DNA of 51,092 nt, filler included, from Porpidia crustulata (Eukaryota): the NCBI GenBank assembly GCA_964255105.1. It is 3 parts of 3 records of this genome, joined end to end, with 100 filler letters (N's around TTAATTAATTAA, not from the genome) between each part and the next. Parts side by side here need not be neighbours in the genome. Positions count along the whole stretch, not along the records: positions 17,102 to 34,079 come from CAXUWE010000238.1; positions 34,180 to 51,092 come from CAXUWE010000239.1; 1 more part is not named here. One strand, written 5' to 3'. Position 1 is the first letter of the stretch; each line of letters opens with the position of its first letter. Of this stretch, positions 22,011-34,942 are shown piece after piece. The notes under the pieces were generated by a model. The model ran no database searches. It saw only the letters and a program-made list of their open reading frames with translations, and was not told the DNA's origin. A program made the position numbers and the translations under genes.

Positions 22011-25000
22011 TCATATCACATAGCTCCTGCTGTCCCTACTCCCGACGTCCTCATCGTCATAGTCATCTCCTATCAAGGTCCCCGGTAATGTGCGACTCCC
22101 TTCTCGTACGTGCCCTGCTTCCCGCGATTTCATCAATCCTGGCGCGCCCATTGCACTCCCAACCACGGGACTACTGCCCCTTCCCGTCCCCTCGGCTTCC
22201 TCGGGACTCATACTCTTTGCCCTCTTCTCCTTCTCCTCCCTATCCAACTTCTTCCGCCAATTGGCAAGGCTGTCCGACATCATGCCTTCCCCTGCGATGG
22301 GCGGACTTGTTGGCGTGCGCTCAAAATCGAATTGGTTGCTAAGACGATAGTTGCGATGTGTTCCTTCCCAGTGAGTGCGCAGTGTCTCGAGCTCCGAGGC
22401 AAGACTGTCGAGAGCCACAGAATTACGGTTGTCGAGGGGCGCAGCATCGGAGACGGTCGAGTCGTTGATTGTGGAGAGGGAGGCGGAGTGAGAGTGGCCA
22501 CCTCGGGAAATCGGGTTGTTAGAGCTGGAACTGAGGGTACGAGCATGCCCGTTGGTGTGCATTTGCTGGGATTGACGACGGTAGTTGCCTACGGAGGTGC
22601 CGACTTGGTCGAGTAGAAGGGTAACTTTCTGCTCAGCGTCGAGCGCGCGCGTTTCAAGCATTGCATTTTCCGACTTGAGCTGATCGAGTTCAGCGCGGGC
22701 TTGCTGGGTGGTGTGAGAGAGTTGTTGCTGGGTTTGAACGTTGTTTTGGTGGTAGTGATCACGCTCTTCTCGGGCGGCGTAGAGTTCTTGCTGCACTTCT
22801 TCCATTTGACGCTCAAGTTGTGAGACAGAGTCTTTGACGCTTTTTTGCATTTCTCCAATTTCGTTGCGAAGAGCTTGACGTTCTTGTTCCCATTCTGCGG
22901 CCGCTTCTGGCTCTATGGTGCGTTCGGACTGAGTGCGATGTACTGCCTCGACCTCGTTCTGCAAGCGTGCGTTTTGACTTTTGTATTTGGTAAGCTCGTC
23001 TTTCATTCGCTTGAGCATCTTTTCCGTGCCTTTCACGTAGTGGACGGCGGATTGATAATCAAGCTCAAGTTGTTCGAGCTTCTCACGGTAAGCTTTGTCA
23101 GCTTCTTGCTCTCTTGTCTCGAAGGTAGACTTTGTTTCCTGATGAGCTTGTTGACTGGCCTCTAATTCTTGCTCAAGTTCCCGCAAGCGATTCTGTTCGG
23201 GGGTGTCCATGCGAGATCCTGGGCTATCAAGATTTCTCGACCTCCCATGCTCTGAAATGCCTCGCTCATCCAATAGTTCTTTCAAAGCATTCTGTTGCAC
23301 GGTTAACGCACTATTGTCACGCTGGTGGCTTTCGAGTCGCTGTAGTACTGCGCTGTGCTTCACTTGCAGAGCCTGCGATTCCCGTACAGTGTCTTGCAGC
23401 TGCTTACGGGTTGTCAAACTTTCCCGGCTGGATTGCTCTTGGTAGGCCTCGAGACCAGCAATACGCTCCTCAGCTGATCGAAGCTTATCCGCCGCCGTGT
23501 CGGCATCGGCTTGGTGTCTTTTGACCAAGACATGAGCTTTCTCGATTTCTTGTTTGAGGATCGACACTCGCTCATCGGTGGCCGAAGTAGTGCTTGAATC
23601 AAGACTTCTGGTGCTCAACTTATCGAGATCTGCTAGATTAACTTCGCGATGTTTTTGGGCCTCCGTGGCATGTTTCTCAGCCAATACCTCGGCATCTCGA
23701 AGCTTGCGAGTAGTAACATCGAGCTCGGCAGTTCGCTCCTCATGCTCAGCTCTAAGTTGTAATAGTTTTTGATCCACCATCTCTCTCTGCTCCTTCTCTT
23801 CCTCCAACTTGCTCTCCAACAGCGTGTACTTATCCTTTGTCGCAGTCAGAGCCTCGCCAAGTGAGACAAGCGCTCGTTGATATTCGGACTTGAACTCCAA
23901 AGCTTCGTTTAATCGATGTGATAGATCATTCCTTTCGATTTCTAATAGTTGGACCTTTGAGGAGGCTTCCGTCTTCTGTGTTGCTTCATCTCGCGCGACC
24001 ATACCGGTTTGATGCAATTCCATCCTGAGACTTTCCAGCTCTCCAGGGTTGTGTGACTGGTCAAGCTGAGCGACACGTTTCTGAGCTGTGTCTGCAGTAC
24101 CCTCAGCGAGCTCTCTTGCTTGTCGCTCAGACTGTACTTCGACGGCCATGGTTTCAATCCTAGAACGCAATTCTTTTTGGGTCGTCAGCGCAGCAGCAAG
24201 CTTTCTACCAATATCATTTGAGCGTTCGTCATGATCAATATCCCTAGATATAGCGTCCAACTGCGGAGTACTGGAGCTACTGCCGCCATGAGCTGCAAGC
24301 TTAGCTTTGGCGTAAACAGCCTCCTTAATAGCTGCGTTTCTTTGATGCTCTACTTCGGCCACCTGCTGTGCGGCGGCATCAACGCGCGAATCTACCGATG
24401 CTTGAACATCAGCAAGCTGCGATCGTAAGGCAATCAAAGCTTCTACCAGAGGCTTTTCGTCGTCACCGAGAGACTGGATAGCTCCTTCGTCGAATGTGGT
24501 CTTCGAGGCACTTTGATGATATCCTGCTTTACGAGCCAAGGCAAGCTCGGAAGCGTACCAAGCGTTGCGGCTTCGAGATACTTCAAGTTCTTGGGCAAGT
24601 TCGCTGTTTTGATCCGCGAGTTCTTCGAGTTGATCTGTGATCTCCTTGGACGGTCTTGCTGGCTCGGGCGTCTCGCTCCTTTCTGCGGAATCACTTGCAT
24701 CGTCTGCGCCATCGTACTGATTGAGGTACGGCCTATTCTGCTGTGACTGAGGTGCTGGGAATTCGTCAATACCATCAGAAAAATCTTGCTGCGCTTGCCT
24801 AGACTGTGAACGGATGACACCCCCGTTCATCATATGGGATTCTTCGACATTCATAGCTGCGTTCCCCATCCTATTTTGTTGCTGCATTTGAGTTGGTGTA
24901 CGTCTTCCATTCTGTGTTGGACTTGGTGATCGAACATTTTGATTCTGTCCAGGACTTCCCCGCGAAATTGGTGAAATGTTGTCCCTTGAAATCGACCCGG

Positions 25001-27042
25001 CTCCGTTGTCATAGTAGGGAGCGAAGCCTCTACCCTCGCCTCTTCCATCACCCCGGCTTTCGCTGCGACTCTCTAGCCCGCGGCCATCTTTAGTAGGCGT
25101 CTTGCTCCTCGGGGCGGCCGTTGGCGCGATAACACCGTTGGGCCGTGGTGGGGGTGCTTGTTGCTGCGGCGGCGGTCCTGAAGGAGCTTGTGCCACTGAC
25201 GCTCGCGGCACTCTGGAAGTGCCACCCGGCGGAGAAGGTCCGTTGCTCATGCTCAGGTCTTGGCCGCGAGCCCCAGATGCGGGACCAGGTCCGGGTCCCG
25301 TAAAATTGCCCGCCATACTTTCCCGAGACCCGCTGAACAGTCGTCTCGGTCCCCCTTCAGGACCACTAACTGCGCCATCTCGTGGTGCTGGTCCCCTGGC
25401 TTGTGGTACCGCATGTCGCTCGCCACTAGGCCGACGATTACCTGGTACTCGCTCGCCAGATGGGGTCTGTTGAATCTGCTGATCATTTGGATATCTGATT
25501 TTGCCCGTATCCAAGACATAAACCAGGCTCAACTCGTTTGGATCGCGGGGTGCAGAACTGGGTTCACCAGCAAGGACAACTATTTGTTTCCCAAAAGCCG
25601 TCATGCTGTGGCCGGATCGAGGGGACGGTGATGGTCCCATATTCTGGAAGGTATACCAGCGCCTCGAGGTAATCCTGAATGCCGCCAGATCTCCTAAATC
25701 GGTACCTTCTTCAGTGCGACCACCAAATATATACATTACATCGTTAACGAGGGCCGCTGAATGCCCTTCTCGCGGAGCAGGTATGTATCCGATACAGTCT
25801 AATTGGGACCAGGCATTGATTCGTGGATCATAAGACCAGACGTCATTGAACCATTGAGTCCCATTGGTACCACCAAATCTAGACATCACTTAGCATGGGT
25901 GAAGATGTGCGAGGATGATGCCATCGTACAAATAGAGCTTGTCATTCCAGCTGACAATGGTATGGTTCGTTCTTGCTGGAGGGATCGACCCCTCTGGTGG
26001 ACCTCCATCATTACTGTTCTGTATCAACATTTCCCATTTGCTGTTTGTGTTCTGCAGAGCGTTCAAATCGAACGCTATAAGGTCGTTGAAGAAGTGGCCT
26101 TCTACTTGCCCACCAAAAACGTAGATTTTCGAGCCTAGAATATTCAAAGTATGGCCATAACGGCCGGCCGGTCGGGGCCCTGGAGGCATGGACCTTGACC
26201 AATGTCGAGTAGCTACTGTTATCAGCATCAATGGGTTCGTCAGTTTCGCGGAATGACCTACAGGTGTTCAAGAGGTACAGTGTATCGTCCAGTTTGTCTC
26301 CTTCATCCATTTTGGTGTCGCCACCAAAAACAATGAATGCGTTACCAACCAGCAAGCTTGCATGGCCAACACGCGGTCCAGGCCCTTCAAAAGTCGTGCC
26401 AACAGGATAACAAGCCAGATTAGTTCCACCAGCTTCGATCATCCACAAGTCTCCCTTCACTGTTTGACCGTTAACCAGCCCACCCATCAAGTATACATCG
26501 CCTTCCTTCGATGACACAGCATTGACAGCTGCACCATATCGAGGGAATGGATTAGGCTGCGATGAAGTGAACGTCAATCGTCGCTGTGACCACGGATAGA
26601 GGGCCGCAGGGTTGGCGGTCGGTGGAGGGCCATTGAGACCTGGCCGAGGACCGTACTATTTAATCAAGTCGTAGTTAGCGAATTGGCCGTTACAAAAGTC
26701 GCCATGAATACGTTTCTTTCCCTCACGACGAGGAAGGAGTAATAAGTCTGACGGAAATGTTTAAAAGCATTGACATACCTGCATTTCCTGCCCTGTTCCT
26801 CCACGTTGATCAGCCCCTTGCTCTGGACTTGGGGTATGAGCTCCTCCTGCCGAGTTGATGGAATTGTCAACGCTGCTTCCAGGTGTCGGAGACTGAGCGG
26901 TATTCGGGCCTCTCTCCCGGCTCTTGAGATTATTTGCAGCGGCTGCTGTAGTATTCGTCCCTGCCGTGGGATTTCCATCCCGCGAGGCTGGCAGAGCACC
27001 GGCAGGCTTGGTGTCTTTTTTCTTACCAAACAGAAATGACAT
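22011..27042 (-). CDS. teaA: Kelch-repeat / coiled-coil cell-end marker (Tea1/TeaA/Kel1 family), 4 exons
   Basis: Exon 1 MSFLFGKKK; exon 2 YPWSQRRL..PFPRYGAA..LMGGL..PRVGHAS; exon 3 GRYGHTL..FGGQ..ARTNHT; exon 4 FGGTNG..PREGHSAA..PRSGHSM, followed by ~700 aa of coiled coil (AVHYVKGTEKMLKRMK). Confidence 0.9.
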
Positions 27043-27982
27043 GATGGCAGTGCCTTGACTGAATAGATGGGGCTAGCCACAAGGCTTGCGCGATTCGACC
27101 CAAGGATACGATAGCGACCCGGGAATGGCAACAAGTAGATGTGAGGTCGAAGAAATAGGCATTCGAAGACACTTCTAGTGGACAGGTCCTAATTCGTAGT
27201 AGGAACCAAGTAGGATGTCGATGCTGGTACCCTACATCTAGAATGTGACGCAAATACTAAGCCCAGATTAGGCCGGCACCATTGATTGTATCCAGATATG
27301 GAGGACGGTAGTGTAGAGAGCGAGACGAGAATGATGCGACAGTCGATGCGCTTGCGTGTGCGCACCCGGTTGTCGTCGATGAGGTTGTGGAATGGATTTT
27401 GAAGGGGTACTTTCTCTAGTGCACCAAAAACCTGACGACTGGAGCTTTCTTGACAGGCTTAGCTCGTTAGCCACCGTTGGCTGTGCACTAGATTCCAAGG
27501 AATTGTACCGCCACGACTGTGAGGTAGTCAACAAGCTTACGATGGGATTTTGATAGGAGATGAATGGTTCTAGTGTATCAGGTCTTCTTGTTGACTGTAT
27601 CATTCAAAATACGCAGATTGGCAATGAGGCAGGTCTTTTGGCCTCGCGCCCTGTGTACCTACTATCAAGACCCAATGCGGTATCGCGTAATCGTTTTATC
27701 TGGTTTCATGTGTTTCAGGGGCTCTTCAATTCTGATTGGTCACAAAGCGAAGACAGTCAGAAGAGTCACTACTGTCCACCACCACCTAGGATATGGCTTG
27801 ACAGCAGGCTTCATTGTTATTTCTTATTTGCAAATCACCGAGAGAGATATCTCAAGTTACAAAGATGGGTGACACAACGAATGTTGCATCCTGCCTCAGT
27901 ATTCCTAGTTAAATAAAAACGCGGCAGTATCCGCTCTGAGACTACTCATTTCCACCCCTCATCGGATCAAAACTGGTAAGTA

Positions 27983-27996
27983 TAACCCTAACCCTA
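27983..27996. promoter_or_regulatory. Telomere-like TAACCCTAACCCTA motif in the divergent teaA-KOG1 intergenic region (possible Tbf1-type site)
   Basis: Sequence read directly; function is inferred only. Confidence 0.3.
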
Positions 27997-28710
27997 GGTG
28001 TAATGGTCCGTTGAAGGGTGGAAACGAGTGTTCATGTAGACTTTGACCACGTTCACACCAATAAAGCGACAAGTGGTAGTATACGTTCGATGAAACTTGA
28101 CACTCAGTCACAGATGCTATCAAAAGATTTCGTTCTCTGGATTGTCTTTTCACTAGTTTTGGCCATTTGGTGGGGCCAGACTACAATTGATCGGCGGCGT
28201 GTTTCGTTCTTCGCCCGCACTGCTGCATAGGCAGTGTGTTTCTCTTGCGCATTATAATTATAGGAATTTCGGCAGCTCTCGCTGCAATATCAGAACTACG
28301 AAGCTATTGCAAAGTTATTTAATTTGTGTTCTTCGGAGTCTCCGTCTTGGTTTTGAGGTCTTTCAACTGGAGGTATGTTCTAGAGCTACACGTGCCACAT
28401 AAGCGGCTCGCGGCTGAAGGTTAAGCTTCCTGCTCCATGTCATATCTATGGAGTAGATATTTATGGCTTACTTAGGTAGCCGTCAACAGTCAACCCCGAC
28501 ACATTAGCTACCACTTTCATACACCATCAGGTCTTAAGCGTTGTTCTATGAAGATCATCAGTAGCAATTATCGATCAACCTACGGGCGTCTGACGGGCCT
28601 TGTACTTGTATCCCAAGGCTGAACAGAGTGAACATACTCCGTACACACCGCAGCGCAAAATGCAACGAGGTACAGTCAAGTAAAACTAAACACTCTGTAG
28701 ACCATGCAAC

Positions 28711-31700
28711 ATGACTGCCGTTGCATCTCCGCTCTCAGGGTCGCTCCAACACAGCTCCAACTATCAAGACGAGCCAGAATACGAAATCCCTCACATTCCT
28801 AATATCATTCCAAGGCAGCTCGTCAATGCGCAGATAGATACTAGATACCGACTCACGCATACTAGCGAGAGTAATGGGGTCTACACCTCGACCACGGCCG
28901 AGTCTCCCGGCTCAACAAGCCCAATCAGATCAGAGCCAGCCCGTACTCCTCTGGGCAGCCAGGAATCCCTAGCCCAAAGACCACACCGACAGCTACTAAG
29001 AGCAAACACGGACTATGGCCCACGGCGACAGTCACCGACGAAACGGTCTGGCGTTGCTGAGGAGAACTGGGAGTTACGGCATGGTTGGGAAGATCAATAT
29101 AATTCCTTCGAATACCTTGGAGTTTTAAGTTCTGTATGTACATCGGACCTACCTTTGGATCCGCGTCTAATGCTACTTCTCAGACATTCTACATGTACTA
29201 CACAGATAAGCGTCATGAAACCGGCGGCAAGCCCAAGGATGAAGACCACAGTCATCCCCCACAAGAATGGCGTATGCGAGATCGACTAAAGACGGTATCT
29301 GCAGCTCTCGCGATATGTCTCAACATCGGTGTTGATCCTCCAGATGTTGTGAAGACCAGTCCGACTGCAAAGCTAGAATGTTGGACGGACCCTACGTCCT
29401 CAACTGCCGCAAATTCCAAGACAATGGAATTAATTGGAAAGAAGCTTCAAGAGCAGTACGAAACTCTGAGTATTCGAGTTAGATACAAGCAGTATTTGGA
29501 TCCGTCAGTAGAAGAGACAAGAAGATTCTGTACCTCTTTACGTCGCAATGCAAAGGATGAGCGGATCTTGTTCCACTACAACGGGCATGGTGTCCCTCTG
29601 CCGACACAATCTGGAGAAATTTGGGTTTTCAATCGAGGTTATACTCAATATATACCGGTATCCTTATACGATTTACAAGGCTGGCTTGGTGCCCCTAGTC
29701 TTTACGTCTTCGATTGCTCGCATGCTGGTAATATTATCAACAATTTCGATCGGTTTGTGGATAAACACGAAGCCGAGAACGCGGAAGTAAAATTGGCAGA
29801 CCCTACGGCTCAACTGCAGATGTACAGCGATAATATTTTGTTGGCTGCTTGTGGACGATCAGAATCCCTACCTACTAATCCCGATTTACCAGCCGACCTC
29901 TTCACATGCTGTCTCACGACTCCGATCGAGATATCTTTACGATTCTTCGTCCTTGAGAACCCATTACCCACCGATCTTACAATCAAAGACCTGGGAGGGG
30001 TACCTGGACGCCTGCAAGAACGTAGAAGTCCTCTTGGGGAACTCAATTGGATATTTACGGCCATCACTGACACAATAGCATGGAACCTCTTACCGCGCGC
30101 TACGTTTAAGAAGCTTTTTAGACAAGATCTGATGGTTGCTGCTCTGTTCCGTAACTTCCTGCTCAGTGAGAGAATTATGAGAGCAAATGGGTGTTACCCA
30201 ATGTCGATTCCTCAATTGCCCGAAACACACAATCATCCCCTGTGGCAGTCTTGGGACTTGGCGCTTGAGATGGTTTTGGCCCAGCTTCCGGCCATACTTG
30301 AGAGCGAGGAAGGAGGCCAACCATACGAGTATCAACACTCGGAGTTCTTCACTGAGCAGCTGACAGCTTTTGAAGTCTACCTTGCCCAGGGTGCCCCACA
30401 ACAGGAAGCTCCGAGCCAGCTACCCATTGTCTTGCAAGTACTGCTCAGCCAGGTTCACAGACTGCGAGCACTGGTCCTACTTAGTAAATTCCTCGATCTG
30501 GGTCCTTGGGCCGTCAACCTTGCGCTAACCATCGGTATTTTCGCGTATGTCCTCAAATTACTTCAATCGGCAGCATTCGAGCTCAAGCCAGTAATGATCT
30601 TTATCTGGGCTCGTATACTTGCTGTGGATGGTGCTTGTCAGGCGGATCTAATCAAGGACAATGGTTATCAATACTTTCTTACCGTACTTAACCCGCAGGC
30701 CAGCTTGCCTGTCCCCAACATTAGCGAGCACCGAGCCATGTGTGCGTTTATTGTGGCCATGTTTTGTAGAAATTTCCGGCAAGGACAGAATGTATGTCTG
30801 TCGCCTGAGCTAGTTGATATCTGTCTTGGTCATCTTCGGGATACGGAAAATCCTTTGCTGCGGCAGTGGTCTTGCCTTTGCATCAGTATGCTCTGGCAGG
30901 ACTTTCCCGAGGCAAAGTGGGTTGGCATACGCTGCCTGGCACATCAGAAGCTGTGCGAAATGGCTTTGGATCCCGTCCCGGAGGTTAGGGCTGCAGCCGT
31001 TCACGCATTGACAAACTTCATTGGTATTCCGGACCTTACAGAACAAGTTGCACAGACTGAAGAATCCATTGCCTCGACGATACTGATTATGACAACGGAT
31101 GGCAATAGTATGGTACGGAGGGAATTACTCGTGTTTTTCTCCACATTTGTCAAGAGATACCAGAATAAGTTCTTAGTAGCCGCATTTGAGCGATTGATCG
31201 AGGAACGCGAAATGCTACTAAATCCTGGAACTGAAAATGAGCCGAATGCACCGTATGGCCAACAGAAGCGTCAGTCTCATCACGAAAATCCAGAGAACGC
31301 TACACGCCGTACTGTATCTCAAGAAAGCGTTCAAGGCTCAATATGGATGCATCTTTTAGTAATGTCAATCGACGCGCATCCGGAAATAGCTCAAGATGCA
31401 AGCATGGTCATCGACTACGTGCACGAAGCATTACTAGAGTCACCTCTTGGTCCTCGGGCTCAGTCTCTAATTGATGACATTGTTCGGTTATCACGGCGGC
31501 CAGCAGCTCTTTCCCGTCAACCGTCAGTCGCACCTGATACTAGACAAAACCAGAATTCCTCGTCGCCATCGCCTGCGATCACACAGAAAAACGAAGGCTA
31601 TATTTCTATTGGCATAAGAAGGACTGCTAGTGTAGCCGCTGCACTGAAGCATCTCGCATTTCCATTTCCCTCTACGTCTGATCTTGCCTCTCAAACCAGT

Positions 31701-33265
31701 AGTCGTGGTTCGTTAAATTCGGCCTCACAGCAGCAGCAAGGGCCTCCTTCACTACGTGCTCGAGTACCTGCAGAATGGAGCCGTCCGCCAGATGAAAATG
31801 ATCAGACTCATGTATCGACAGCATATCAGCACTCCAAGAACCCACTACCCCGAGATTACAAAGCTTCCAACACGCACCAACATGCTTCAATACCACTCAA
31901 GAGTGGATTCTTCGATTGGTCGATTGAGGTAGTCCACCTATTATTGAGTGGAAATTATTGGTCACTGATTTTGCCGCAGTACTTTCGCGAACCGCAACTG
32001 AAGTCCAACGAGCCGGAGGAACCAGGCAGTGATGATTACAATGCACGGTTATGGAGGAGAAACCGGAACGAGAAGGTATTAAATCAAACGCAACCACTAA
32101 AGGCCATTGCAGGAACCAATCGATGGGCAGTATCCACTGGTTTCTTTAACAATGGAAGCCAGCCAATGAAGATGTGCTTTCATCAATTCGAAGAGCATCT
32201 TGCAATTGCCGATGACCGTGATTCTATATGGTAAGTACGACATGAATTATAAAAAATTGATGACTAACAACACCTAGTATTTGGAATTGGCAACAAAGTA
32301 CTCGGATGAACCGTTTTTCCAATGGCAATCCTAAAGGCTCCAGAATCAACGAAGCGCGTTTCATGAATGAAGACGACCAAGCTCTTTTAGCGACAGGCTC
32401 TTCTGATGGCGTAATCAAGGTATTCCGAAACTACGAATCTGAAGAAGAAATCGAACTCGTATCTGCGTTCCGCGCTTTAACCGACCTAGTCCCAAGCAAT
32501 AAGAACGCCGGTCTTGTCCTAGACTGGCAGCAAGGCCAAGGTAAATTCCTTGTAGCTGGAGACGTCAAGGTCATTCGAGTCTGGAACGCAGCAACTGAGA
32601 TCTGTACCAACGTAAGTCCTCCGACAAACTTCTCCAACACCCACACTAACGGTACCCAGGACATTCCCGCCCGCTCAGGCTCCTGCGTCACATCCCTCAC
32701 CTCCGACCAAGTCGCCGGCAACGTCTTTGTCGGTGGGTACGGCGACGGCGCAATCCGAGTCTTTGACCAGCGCTTGAAGCCTGCGATGGCAATGGTCAAG
32801 GTCTGGCGCGAGCACAAACAGTGGATCACCAACGTGCACATGCAACGAGGCGGATTGCGCGAACTCGTCAGCGGCAGCCGCAACGGCGAAGTCAAAATGT
32901 GGGACATTCGGAAAGACCAACCACTGCACACGATCCGAGCAACCAAGGACACCCTGCGGACCTTGAGCGTTCACGAGCACGCTCCTGTTTTCGCCACGTG
33001 AGTTCCCTCACTCCTCCCCTCCAATCTCTCCCATGATGCGAAGCAATCAACACTGACCCCAACGACCAGCGGCTCCAACTACCACAACGTCAACATCTTC
33101 AACGTCAACGGCGCCTTCCTCAACTCCGTCGAGCCCCACAGCAGCTTCCTGCACGGCAGCCGCTCCACGCCCATCGCCGCCATGGCCTTCCACCCGCACC
33201 GCATGATGCTGGCGTGCGCGGCGTTGGGCAAGGGGGATGTGAATCTTTTTAGCTGTATCTCGTGA
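28711..33265 (+). CDS. KOG1: TORC1 subunit Raptor/Kog1 (RNC domain, HEAT repeats, WD40), 6 exons
   Basis: WRMRDRLKTVSAALAICLNIGVDPPDV, LFHYNGHGVP, PADLFTCCLTTPI, QLPIVLQVLLSQVHRLRAL, and C-terminal WD40 (GEVKMWDIR, MAFHPHRMMLA). Introns include 29134-29183, 31929-31979 and 32612-32659; stop TGA at 33263-33265. The start codon is less certain. Confidence 0.96.
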
Positions 33266-33838
33266 CAGGTCTGGAAGGGTCGGAATGTTGAGAGGAGAAA
33301 TCATGGGACGGAGCGGCAGAGAGGGAGACGGTAGAAGTGGTAATGGCACGAAACAACGGTTTTTTCACGAGCTTATGCCGTCGATGCTGCATACATACAT
33401 CAGGCGCTAGGCTAGAATCACGGGTTCCAGGGCGCGGGAAACGCGGGGGGGAAGGTATCAAATGCATCTCAGCAAAGGGGGGCGCGACGGCGTGTGGGGA
33501 TCTCCTGGCTCGGTACTAGATATGTATCTAGCTTTATCATTCATGTATGATCTTTTTAGCTACGGGGTTAGTATATTCTCGAGAAAACTATTATGGCTGT
33601 TAGGAATTGGTGACGGTCTTCTAAGGTTAAGTTTTCTTTGAAACTTTCATATATATTTACGTCTTGGAAGAGGTGGAAGGGCGGTTTTTCCGCACCTTCC
33701 AACAACGACGCTTCTGCTCCTTTTTATGGGTTTCCACGTGACGGGTTAGGAAATTCGGATTTGTTTAATCGATAATCTATCCCATATCCAAATTTCCAGC
33801 GATATCTCGTCTCCTAGAGCCCACGCCCATTTCAATAT

Positions 33839-34079
33839 TTAAACCATCCCCCTCATCTCATCCCATAACACCCTTCCCAGAAGCAAATCCCGCTGTCCGT
33901 AGAATTCACCCACTATAGTGATGATAGCATCCAGCGTCGCATGAATCCGTATCTGCGTAGTTTCGTCTTTGTTCGTGTTGGTAAAAGAGGCGTCGGTGTG
34001 GGGGTCTGGACCGCGGTTGATGGGTTGCGTCAGGCTGCTGGTTTGCAAGGGATTGGAGTCGGTGGGAGGTGGTGAGGGT
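33839..34079 (-). CDS. Probable 3' end of an unidentified gene cut by the gap
   Basis: Frame is open from the gap edge to TAA 33839 and ends in a protein-like segment, IRIHATLDAIITIVGEFYGQRDLLLG. A possible 5' part (..AMSQRFGAKTTFL) enters the gap from 34180-34220. Confidence 0.45.
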
Positions 34080-34179
34080 NNNNNNNNNNNNNNNNNNNNN
34101 NNNNNNNNNNNNNNNNNNNNNNNTTAATTAATTAANNNNNNNNNNNNNNNNNNNNNNNNNNNNNNNNNNNNNNNNNNNN
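34080..34179. other. Artificial assembly gap spacer
   Basis: 44 N + TTAATTAATTAA + 44 N, identical to the first spacer. Confidence 0.97.
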
Positions 34180-34942
34180 ACAAGAAGGTGGTTTTCGCTC
34201 CAAAGCGCTGGGACATCGCTTTTTGGGGGGGGGGTAATGTTACGATCAGACCTTCCCCAACATCCCCAGCAGCCCACCGGATCAAGGTGGTGCCGAGCCT
34301 AATGAGGCCTAGCGACGCTCTAGCATTGCCAATTTCCCATCGCCCCAAATACCGCTCTGCATCCAGATTTCCTTTCTTCCTTAGCATTTATTTCTTCGTT
34401 GATTTACCCTCATAGCTAGGTAGTTAGGAGGCCCCTAACAGTTTATACTCAACAATTATCTGTCACAAATCTAGGTTCTTATGTTTAAACTCTGTATCAA
34501 GTACTCTGATTTTTTCTAATGCTCGTGAAGCCGTGGCTGTACTCATACACGCTAACCATATAGAGCTAGAGATCTCTAGACCTGGCCGATACTAAGATCC
34601 ACGCTAGCCGACGACAGTCCCAACCACACCAAAATATTTCAAATATAATCACGGCGAAAGTGATTCAGTAGACTTACCACCAAATTCTACGAGGCGGGCA
34701 CAGTGTCATGGTCTTTCTGGAATGAACGCCCGTAATTTTTCCTTGAAAAATTGCCTTGATTCAGCTGTAAATTAGTGCTTTCGAAGGCATTCTACGAGCC
34801 GCTTAGGGACTTCAACGACTTTTGGCACCCCCTGTGAATCTCCAAAGGATCTTAATGATAGTCAATGGGTGATTTGTTGTTGTCAAAGGAACTCGCGAAT
34901 CCAAAAATCTCACATATTTGATAAGTACATAGCGCAGGAAGA

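Noticed and set aside
26213..26218. NAGNAG (CAGTAG) acceptor in teaA intron 2
   Set aside because: A common feature that changes the protein by one residue; no evidence of use.
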